From contig NC_047070.1 of assembly GCF_902459465.1 (NCBI RefSeq), forward strand, positions 310,001 through 374,000: 64,000 nucleotides of DNA. Direction: 5' to 3'. The stretch is from Asterias rubens. Taxonomy: Eukaryota. The position numbers and the translations under genes were made by a program. Below are positions 11,281 to 21,743 of this stretch, in pieces. The notes under the pieces were generated by a model that searched no databases, had not been told where the DNA came from, and saw nothing but the letters and a program-made list of their open reading frames with translations. Every line of letters starts with the position of its first letter. The first letter of the stretch is position 1.

Positions 11281-14200
11281 TTAGGGAAAGTTATCTCTAG
11301 TTGCTGTGTTGGGGTCCTCAGCCAAGAGTACATCTGCCGCGTTGCTGTTGATATCCTCTGCAGGGATTCGAACCTTCATCTCTAGGTTTGTTGTTGTTTG
11401 TTGATGAAGACGATGATGTTTACTTCCTTCACTACCCGAAGAGCTACTGTTACGTTTAGAGGAAGTTTGGGATGACATGGGAGTAGAACCCGTTACCATA
11501 GTAACTGGTCCCCATTCTGAATAACGTCTGCTAAGAACTCGCTTTATCTGAAAAGACAAGACAATCGGGAACGTTACTCGTCTGGCAAGCGTGATTGGTT
11601 TTTGGGAATGTGCCAACCCTTTACTTTAAGTCGGTAACTATGTTTCCTAAACAGCATTCGCAGATGATGTTAAAGGCACTGGATACTGTTCGTAAATTAG
11701 CATAATACTTACTTAGTAACGAACAGCTGATAGATGTTGGTACATCATGTACCAACATCACAGTGTGATAAACAACTTAGTTTTTGAGAAAGAGGTAAAT
11801 GAATCTGAGAGAGACTTCAGGACTCGCCTTTCTCAGGCATCTGAATGTATACACGAATTAATTGTGAAACAAAAAGAATATTTTTCACTCATTATTTTCT
11901 TGTGACTTTGATGAGCAATCGAGTTAAACTTTTCACAGGTTTGTTATTTGTATGCATATGTTGGGATACACCAAGTGCGAATACTGGCTATTGACAATTA
12001 CCAGACATGTCCAGTGCCTTTAAGAATAACATTAGTTTTCTTGATGGAGTCCAGATTACTACAAGCCTACCTGATCACGTACCTCTCCATTGCAGAATAC
12101 ATAGAGCGTGCTGACGGCTAAACCTTGTACAGACGAGACAGTAGTTGAAATAAAATTGACGATCTTGACAAAAAGACAAGGTTGTCCAATAAAAGCAACG
12201 ATGATTGGCAATGAGTAGTAGGTGCCAAGAAGAACCAGCAGTACAAATGTAGACTTTGCTGTCCTCCTGAGCAAAGATATCAAATCCAGCAAAATTGTTT
12301 AATAACTTCAAAACATAACATGGATTTTCTTTTGAAAAAGGATATTATCTTTACGTTCAGCAAATGTTGAGCACACATCTGACGGGATGCCTTTTATACA
12401 CAGAAACATTGTAAATATCATCAAAACATTTCTTGCAATTTTACACAATCTATGTCCTTAAATGTTTACTTACCTGTGTGATCTACTCTCTAATCTACTG
12501 CTGTGGTTTGCTCGAAGTTTTAAACTAATATTCCGAATCACAACAACCAGAACAACTCCATTGACCTTTAAAATGAAATAAAATGTTATTGTCACGATAA
12601 GGTATTTCATCTCGGTCATTTTTAAAATCTTGCATTTACATATGCGATTGTATACATTTGTTTAAAAGTAAAATTCGACTAAAATGTTGGGGTTTAATGT
12701 TTCTTTTAAAGGGAAGGTGTTATATAAAGGTCATCATCTGATTAAGATAACCATATGATACCGATCGAAACGTTAATAGGATACCGATCGAAACGTTAAT
12801 AGGATACCGATCGAAACGTTAATAGGCATGCTCGTTTAGTAGCCCACGCTACACGGTTTTACGGCAAATTCAAATCTGTATTGCTACCTGAATGGTTCTT
12901 ACCAGTAAAATCACAAAGACGGGAGCAATAAGACAGCCAATGCCGCTCCAATTGGGATTGCCCACTCGCAGTTGAACTCTGAAATGAAACTTGTAGTTTT
13001 GAAATACTGACCTCTTAATTGTCAAAACAGTCATCACACATTCTCAAACATGCATACACTTATTGTTACAGTTAATACAAAGCATTGGTTGAGGTTGTTT
13101 TTCTTCATTGCGTCTTCAAGTGTTTATTACAGAAAGCTTTGCAGATAATTACTAGTTTAGTGCTAGGGCCTACATGTTATTTTATTCGTGTAAATATACA
13201 ATGTGTACTTACACACAACTGCCAGCCGAGGTGACTTCTTCAATAACGATCCAAAGGATTACCAGTAATGCCGGGGTACCTGTTAATCAACAACCAAGAT
13301 TATGTCAAATATCAGTTCTAAAAATTATTAAGACTGTATGCAAATCGTAAAAGATCATTATCATAACATTTGATCTCTGTCTACTCACCCCATCCAATAA
13401 GACACCATTTGATGAAATCTTTACCCTCTTGCCTGTCGAAGAAGCTCTTCACAACGATGAAAAACAGTATCAATCCCTCTACAAGCATCCAGAAAAAGTT
13501 TGCCAAGACGGTGTACGCTAAGAGAACATTCAAAAGATTCCGGACATGCTAAAAGTTAAACAGAAACAATCGTCCATCAAGATTAAAGCTCATATTAACA
13601 TGTTTCGGTCCAAAAATGTAGCCTGTCTGTGATCTATTCACGACTATAGTTAAGAAGACAGTTTTAAAGACACTGGACACTATTGGTAATTGTCAAAGAC
13701 CAGTCGTCTCACTTGGTGTATCTCAACATATGCATAAAAACAACAAACCTGTGAAAATTTGAGCTGAATTGGTCATCGAAATTGCGAGATAATAATGAAA
13801 GAAAAAACACCCTTGTTACACGAAGTGGTGTGCGTTTAGATGGTTGATTTCGAGACCTCAAATTCTAAATCTGAGGTCTCGAAATCATATTCGTGGAAAA
13901 TTACTTCTTTCTCGAAAACTATGTCACTTCAGAGGGAGCCGTTTCTCACAATGTTTTATACCATCAACCTCTCTCCATCACTCGTTAACAAGTAAGGTTT
14001 TATGCTAATAAATATTTTGAGTAATTACCAATTAGTGTCCACTGCCTTTAAAGGAACGTTACAGAATTGGTAAGAACAAAAATCGCGAAGATCATAGATT
14101 TTAATAAAAACTTACACGGTCTAATGATGATGATGATAAAAAACATCCCTTGAAATATTTCTGTCTGAAATACCATATTTGATGAGAAATAAATAAATTT

Positions 14201-17200
14201 AATTTCCCGTTTTGAGTTTATCGCTCAGTGAGCGTTTTATTCATTTGTGTTTTGGCATCGATGCAATGCAAAATGTGTAATTGGTTTTTCACTATTTTCT
14301 CGTGACCCAGATGGCTGATCGATCTCAAACTTCTACAGGTTTGTCAGTTTATGTATATGATGGATTATATAAAGTGATTACACTGCCAGAAACTGGTTTG
14401 TAAGCAAAAACCAATTCTGTAATGTTCCTTTAAGCAATAATACATGTTGTGGGGAATAAAAATGTCAACATTTACAAGTTGACACAAATTGGTTACAAAT
14501 TGATACCTTTTGTCTCTGACCTAGATGTTTAAGTTTATACTTACAACATTGGTGACGTAACATGTTGGCAATACAGTGACGTCAATCAGAAAGACCACGT
14601 GGTACATTGTAAACGATGCTATGAGGTTCCAATGTATATGATAAGGGCTGTGTTTCAGATTTCTCCTGCACAGAGAAAAAGTTGTGAATATAGAACTTGA
14701 GGCTTTAAACCAAAAAGGGTGATATCAATCCTAAAAACCGACTGGAATTGAGACTACTGACCTTGTTATGACGTATATAATATTAGCCACGATACAAGCA
14801 ACCAGAGATATCGAGAAGCCAATGTACACAATAACTCTCAATGTCTGTGGAAAGATTTATAAATAATGTTTGCTGTTAAAAATAATATTAGTGTAGGTTA
14901 AATTTAATTAAAGGCAGTGGACACTATTGGTAATTACTCAAAATAATTATTAGCCTTAAACCTTTCTTGGTAACGAGTAATAGGGAGAGGTTGATAGCAT
15001 AAAACATTGTGATGTGATAAACGGCTCCCTCTGAAGTAATGCAGTTTTCGAGAAAAGTAATTTTCCACGAATTTGATTTCGAAATCTCAGATTTAGAATT
15101 TGAGGCCTCGAAATCAAGCATATGAAAGCACACAACTTCGTGTGACACGGGTGTTTTTTTTTCCAATATTATCTCGAAACTTCGACGACAAATTGAGCTC
15201 AAATTTTCACAGGTTTGTTATTTCATCCATACTATGTTGAGATACAGCAAGTGAGAAGACTGGTCTTTGACAATCACCAATAGTGTCCAGTGTTTTTAAA
15301 TTAAAATTTCTTCTTATAAACACCGAGAACGCATTAAATCATAAAACGCATTAAATATACTTTAGAGTTGATAACGTCCGCAAAGTGTCCCTTGTGTAAT
15401 AATATTAAGGCACTCCGGCCATAAAGGGCGCCACCATCAGGGAACATTGAGCATAATGAAAATACCCTTTACCTGACCAAGAATGTCTTCCTCTAACGGC
15501 ACTTGAACTCCATAACCGTCCTGATGGCACACCCGGGATTCTGTAATTAAGGAAACAAAGATGTAATCAAAGACCTGGGGTGGATTTCACAAAGAGTTAG
15601 GACTAGTCTTATCTCGAGTTAGGACCAGTTACTCGTCCTAACTTAGGACTATCCATGCAATTTGTATATCTCCTAGGACTAGTCCTAAGTTAGGACTAGT
15701 CCTAACTCTTTGTGAAATCGACCCCAGGCTCATGATGAATGGACAATTTCACCTTGTCAACCTCCATAACAAGCCCGAGCATTTTCTGGCAGGCATTATT
15801 CTCCACTGGTTTCAGTGATTTTGGGAACGAGAATCATGCAACCGTGTCCCTGCAGGGCCACCGTACCTATTAGAATTGACAATACTGGTGTGTATAACTT
15901 GTCATACCAGTGAATCCTGGTTCTGTGTCTCTTTTTTTTTGTGGCGTCACAGATACGTGCAAGTTATGCAAATGAACCTTTCAATATTTGCATACACTTC
16001 CTGATATTGGAAACCTGGTCTACGGTATAGAGAGTGCTACAGAACCACCAAGCCACTTCAATGGCAAACCCTCCCCACCCCCTCTTAATAAGTCGTCAAT
16101 GAATGAACTTACGCTTTGGTTCACACAAACCACACTCCTCGTCTATTGCTGAGCCATTCGGACCTTCATAGTCACTTGTTACGTTTGGGAATACGATGAC
16201 GTCATCATAGTCAGAGCCCGCTACAGGGGAAACAAAACTTATAAGTAGTTTTGATGAAAAGCACACGTACCATCAGCATTTAATAAGCAGGTTTGTTTAA
16301 ACACGCAAACGTTGTTTTAAAAGTCTAGGGTAGATTTTAAGTTTACAATAATTCATAACCAACTTTGTGACTTATTCTTCAACCTTAAAAATGTTCTTAA
16401 TGCCGGTGTCAGATGCAATTGTGTCAGGGGCTATGCAAAAACAGTTGGCGGACACATAGACCTTATCGCAAATACCAATGCGCAAGCGCAGACTGTTGAA
16501 TGAGGTGCATTGTGGGATATAATAAATGGATCAAATTTGGATACCAGCTAGACCACAATGCACCTAATTCCAAGCTTTACGCGCGCGCCCCGGTATTTGC
16601 GAAAAGGTCTATGACTGTAAATGTATACGCGCGCGTAAGCGAGCGTGCATGCACTGACCATAGATATAGAATTATAATAACTAGATCGGCCGCGCGTACA
16701 TACGCGCCATTGCCTGTGTAGAAAAAGGTTTTGTTCGCCATGGACGCGGTAAAAATTTGAACACGGGAAAATGAACACGGGAGAAAGGCTTTTGACGCGC
16801 TAAATGTCACGTGCTGACGGTAAAAAAGCACGTGCTGACGGCAACGCTCAGAAAATGTACACGGGAGATAGGCAATGGCGGCCCCCATGCCAGAATCCGC
16901 ATATGTACGCGCGGCCGATCTAGTTATTCTATTCTATATCTATGGCGCTGACCCTAAGTATTATGCAGCATGAATATTCACGTATTTTATGATTGCAGCG
17001 AATACCCAACGTCCGACAGTTTCCAATGTCATTCATGACATGCACTTATCTTGTAAAAACATGGCGAACGTGTTCCGTCGACCAAAGGCGTTTAATTTAC
17101 TGCGAGGACGGTTTTGCACGGGGGCGGACACAACTGCATATGCAAATGTGTCCGGGCGGACACGATTGCATATGCAAAACCGTGCGGCGAACATTATTGC

Positions 17201-20200
17201 ATATGCAATAATGTCCTCCGGATAGTATTGCATAAAGGACATAATTGCATACGACACCGGTACAAAACGCATTTAAAATAGACAATGAACCACTTATTAA
17301 CTAAAACAAATTTTAAAAAGGCAATTAACTCACTTGCATTGTACTCCACAATTTGCTCTATGGTTGTAACGTCATCGAAGACGTCACCCGCATACGTTTG
17401 GCAAAGAACATGGTTCTGAAGAGCCGTTGCGAACAAAACCCAAATAGACAATTTCTACAAAGCAAAAACATAAGTTATAAGAAATATAGAAATAGAGTGA
17501 ACGTTAAGTCCTGAAGTATGTATACAACAATACACAACCTATGAACTGTTTCGACTCATATTGTATCCAAAAACCACATGATTTTATATATCTGATTTGC
17601 AGCAACACTGCATATCTACTTGCCAGGTAAAGATTGTTCCTAAGTATTAATAATAAATAATAATAAGACATTTGTAAAGCGCCTATAAGCTCATTTTTAG
17701 AGAACTGTTTTGCTATACTACCGCAAACAAGATTTTCGATTTTTTTTTCGGGAGACTTCTCAGTTCTGAAAAGAACTGTCCTGCTTATCAACTGCTACCT
17801 GGGCCGAAGGTTGAAAATCGGCCGTGACTGCTAAAATAAATCTATTGATACCTCACTATGCAATGCCCTAAATCCCATAGCCAATACAGTAATAAATTAC
17901 TTATAAAAGTACTGGGCCATAGTAAGTAGGCCTAGTTATTTTTTATTAGTGTCACGGTAATCGAGAGGGGAGGGAAGGGTTTTCCCCTACCTTGAAGAAA
18001 CTCCCTTCAACAGTTCCTTTTATTTATGCTTCTCCATCAAAACACTACAATGGCAAATTCAGTGAACAATTTCATTGATTTGTTACGACATGTTAAACAC
18101 ATGAGCAAAGGGCTTTTTAGTAATGTAGCTTGGGAAATTTCAGACCCATTTTTAAAAACCAGATCACGTTTTGAATTGATTTTTGAAGTATTTTACTCAG
18201 CCTAAAGGGATTTTAAAAGCCACCATTGCTGGTGCATACAGCATCGATAAAGAGGGTGTTGGGATGTTGTGATGGACTCATCGGAAATCTATGGTTATAC
18301 ATAATCATGATCATAACCTTTTGATTGTAATGGATTTTTACATCTCTGTAAAGCAGCAGTCCTTGAATTCCTAGAATGAATTAATGTCGAGCAGTCCAAT
18401 GTCATAACTCTTGTTTTAATACTCAGCTTTGTTGAGCTAGCTTTTAGATCATAATCCACTAGTTTTCTCCTTGTGTGTAATTATTCATATTGTACCGGTA
18501 TACTAGATCTGAGCTCGGACCTATAAAAGTCAAGCTATAGACTTCGCCAAAATTTGCAAAAACAATACAGCGTTCTACGCCTACTCTCTGAATTATTTTA
18601 AACATACTCCGCTATAGGAGGTTACGTTATGTGTGATTTATAGCCAGTACGTTTCCCGTGTGGTGTATAGGTCATTGAGGCATTACAAATCTAAACCTCC
18701 ATTAAATAAATGCATTTTCCTTATTCGTGACAATCAAACAACAAAGGTCGGCAAAATACCGCAGGGGATATTTTTTATGTATTTGTTAAAAGTCAAAACA
18801 ATTTCGATTGTTATTGTGTAGACAATAAACTGCCAAAATGCCTCGGTCAGAGGACGGCATTCGTATACATTGAATGTGAAATCAAGTTACTATTAGTGCT
18901 TTTTAATGGGCGTTCTGCTTCCGTATAAGAATTGACCCGACTTCCGGGTCACGTGGGGCCTAACCCAAACCTGGGTCAGCTTTGGACCCGGAAATGGGTC
19001 AACCTGGAACGGAGTCAAAGGTAAAAGCCAATGTTTAAGCAGTTTCCGTGTCGGTCTTTAGAATGTAGGCTACAGTGTGAAGGAGGCGCAGAGTGTACCA
19101 TTCTGTTTTTGAGATGGCTAAGTGGATGTGTGGACATCACAATATCATTTTATTAGCTACAGCCTATAACTGAATGGCTATAGTGTGAAACCTGAGTTTT
19201 GTTTAGTTTGTTTGGCATCTTGCCACTTTACGCCACACTGTATCGGGACTATGGCAACCTACATGAATATACAGTTTTCACAAACACTTAATGATTCCGT
19301 AACCATTACATTCGAAATTCGCTTTTTGAAGTAAAATTAAATTAAAGTTTGTTTGTGTAATTTAACTTAACCACCGAGATGGTGTTTTCACACCATTTTC
19401 AGATTTATTATAATCAGTTGATGCCATGTTTTTTTTTATGGTAAAATAAGTATTGCATACACAGCAATGGATTTAAGTTGAATTTAAACCATTATACTAT
19501 TTTTATGGTTTGATTGTTATGACCACATGCAGCATTGATTCGATACCGATACTTCGATACTAATAAGACATGTTTGCCAACCTCGTATGCTCCTTGTATA
19601 TTTACATATTATGACGTGTTTTGTTCAAGAATCAATGCATGGCAACAAGTTCACACGAAACGCCAACTTCCTCGTATAGGCCCGTATGTATATACCATTT
19701 ACGACAAATAATCATAGCAAACGAATTTTTCAATAGCTAGAGATTTCATTTAATTTCAAGAAAGTAATTCGATGCAGCCACAAGCGACCTTTAATATATA
19801 TATATTTTAATAACTCTAATATTTGATGTAAAAGGGCTCCTTCGACGTGATTTCAGTCCGGCCTTATAAACCCAGTCCCGATCATACTTCCAATTATTGC
19901 AATCGTGGGGCTGGCGATCCAATCGGATTGGGCACTGACTGTGTATAGCGATTCTAATAGAACGAAGTAAATTTAATGAGATATCAGTATTTTGCTCAGG
20001 ATGATGTAATACACGCAGAATCTTGTGTGCCGATCGTTTACTTATCCTAGAAAATTACAAACACATAAGAATAAGACAAAGTGGCTACTTCGACCAACTT
20101 ATACTTCCCGACCATATTATGTAAGCTTGATTAGAGTAATATACATTTATAACATATACAGGTGAAATTCAAGCACTTTTGACGCTTAATCAAACAGTTT

Positions 20201-20269
20201 TTGGAAACATAATTATAGGGAAATTTTTTGATTAACTATTTGAAATAGTTTAAAATGCTAACTTACCAT
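11281..20269 (-). CDS. Secretin-family (class B1) GPCR with CRH/DH44-receptor-like 7TM, 453 aa. Exons 20269-20267 (ATG), 17454-17334, 16220-16113, 15540-15473, 14844-14762, 14665-14545, 13548-13389, 13279-13213, 12978-12903, 12565-12474, 12266-12071, 11547-11281
   Basis: The spliced frame is open throughout (1362 nt). Signal peptide MKLSIWVLFATAL; class B motifs IHWNLIASF (TM2), ANFFWMLVEG (TM3), IGWG-P (TM4), AKSTFVLL-LLG (TM6), VQGLAVSTLYVFCNGEV (TM7). The 7TM exons are high confidence; ectodomain exon joining is less certain. Confidence 0.85.
11670..12023. mobile_element. Kolobok/T2-like MITE in the last GPCR intron
   Basis: TTAA-AGGCACTGGA ... TCCAGTGCCT-TTAA with the family internal core. 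Confidence 0.85.
12757..12825. repeat. Tandem repeat, 23 bp x 3
   Basis: GATACCGATCGAAACGTTAATAG three times. Confidence 0.9.
13664..14051. mobile_element. Kolobok/T2-like MITE, main family, near full length
   Basis: TTAA-AGACACTGGACACTATTGGTAATT ... AATTACCAATTAGTGTCCACTGCCT-TTAA. Confidence 0.9.
14048..14433. mobile_element. Second TTAA MITE family, sharing a TTAA with the previous element
   Basis: TTAA-AGGAACGTTACAGAATTGGT ... ACCAATTCTGTAATGTTCCT-TTAA. Confidence 0.88.
14908..15299. mobile_element. Kolobok/T2-like MITE, main family
   Basis: TTAA-AGGCAGTGGACACTATTGG ... CCAATAGTGTCCAGTG; opposite orientation to the 13664 copy. Confidence 0.88.
15577..15725. mobile_element. Palindromic MITE, same family as 10872-11048
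   Basis: GGGGTGGATTTCACAAAGAGTTAGGACTAG ... CTAGTCCTAACTCTTTGTGAAATCGACCCC. Confidence 0.82.
16658..16945. mobile_element. Non-autonomous TIR element with (CCA)TAG...CTA(TGG) termini
   Basis: ~45-bp inverted repeats CCATAGATATAGAAT-ATAACTAGATCGGCCGCGCGTACATA / TATGTACGCGCGGCCGATCTAGTTAT-ATTCTATATCTATGG. Confidence 0.8.
16950..17260 (+). mobile_element. Putative non-autonomous element with palindromic TGCATATGCA subrepeats (Helentron-associated/HINE-like; classification inferred)
   Basis: About 30-bp degenerate subrepeats each centred on TGCATATGCA, ending in ACACCGG. Confidence 0.5.
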
Positions 20270-20392
20270 GATGAATATCAGCCAACAGTGATATCAGTTA
20301 GCACCGGTAGATATACAAGCTGCACATCCAGTGCCGGCCAGTGAGAGATTTGAATGGTTGTGCGTATCTTCAAAACGCCCCTATATATAAGC
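20267..20392 (-). promoter_or_regulatory. First exon and TATA box of the class B GPCR
   Basis: TATATATA at 20382-20389, about 30 bp above a pyrimidine-flanked start region. The exon ends ATG|GTAAGT and joins in frame to the signal-peptide exon. Confidence 0.55.
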
Positions 20393-21366
20393 TCCTATAT
20401 CAACGTGTGTGTCAAGGAACATGCAACGCAACGAATGGTAAGCCCTCGTTCAATCAGCGCCTGTGTTGCTCAAACTCCTACTTCCAAATACTATCTTAAA
20501 ATAAATCAATCGCTCTACTACACTCAAAATAACTCCATGAAGAAACCGAGATATTCACAATCTGCTGGTGCTGATGAGCTAAGGATAGCTAGCTGGACTG
20601 TACTAGATCCAAACCTATGATAACAAGCTCACCATCCGAAACCGTGACTATTATTAATGACTGGTAGTCCGTCGGAACCAACGCAGAAGTGCATGATATT
20701 TTAAATACAATACAGGTCGTATTCCCGTCATAAGGAAGTTCCAAATAATTTACCTACTATAAGTATAGTAGATTTGGTTATGATTGTATGATTTTATGCA
20801 CGACTGAACTGCACTTTGACGTGTACGACGTAAATCTTTTCAGGTTGATTGTAAAGAAAATTCACCTGAATTCGATGTGTGGGCCAGTTCAAGGGAAACT
20901 AAACAATTCTCGATGTTTCCATTATGGGTGACTTTAAAGATACAGGGTATGTGATGGAGTTCCAATTGGGTTAATTTTAACTTAAATATTAAATTAACTT
21001 CATTAACGTATTGAAATGTGTCTGTAAAAATAGCTAACAGGGTATGATTGGTATAATATTGATGCACAACCGTGTGTCACTATTGCCCGTCGTTGAATCA
21101 TTTAATTGAAATCTAAAATACTTGTTTTTGTCCTAACTATTTTCAACGAAAAGACCTTTAATCCAAAATATGCGGTTCATAAGGAAGATTTCGTCTACTC
21201 TCCGAGGAAGTAAAACCACTAATAATTGTTAGAGTGGGTGGGTTGGAGTTTGACATTTCGATCTGTGCTTGCATTTATTGTCTTCACGAAATGAATAAAT
21301 CGGCTTAGAGGCACAAACGCAATAGAGCAATTCTAAACAACATTACAAACTGACGTTCAAACTCTC

Positions 21367-21743
21367 TTAAAAGGGAAGGTACACGTTTGGTAATTGTCAA
21401 AGACCAGTGTCCTCACTTAGTGTGTCCCATCATAAGCATAAAATAACAAGCCTGTGAAAATTTGAGCTCAATTGGTCATCGGAGTTGCGAGAAAATGATG
21501 AAAGAAAAAACACCCTTGTTGGACGAATTTGTGTGCTTTCAGATAGGAATAAAAGACTTCTAGCTAGAAGTATTTTATTATTTTAGTGAGAAATTACCTC
21601 TCTCTCAAAAACTACGATACTTCAGAGAAAGTCGTTTCCCACAATGATTTATACTATCAACAGCTCCCCAATGCTCGTAACCAAGTCAGTTTTTAAGTTA
21701 AAATTTGTTTTGAGTAATTACCAAATGTGTACCTTCCCTTTAA
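21367..21743. mobile_element. TTAA MITE with variant TIR
   Basis: AGGGAAGGTACACGTTTGGTAATT ... AATTACCAAATGTGTACCTTCCCT-TTAA, same internal core as the main family. Confidence 0.87.

Noticed and set aside
15753-15866. 114-nt AG/GT-bounded candidate exon that might restore the GPCR ectodomain
   Set aside because: The required phase-1 frame contains TAA and TGA, and the flanking exons already join in frame. At most a poison or decayed exon.
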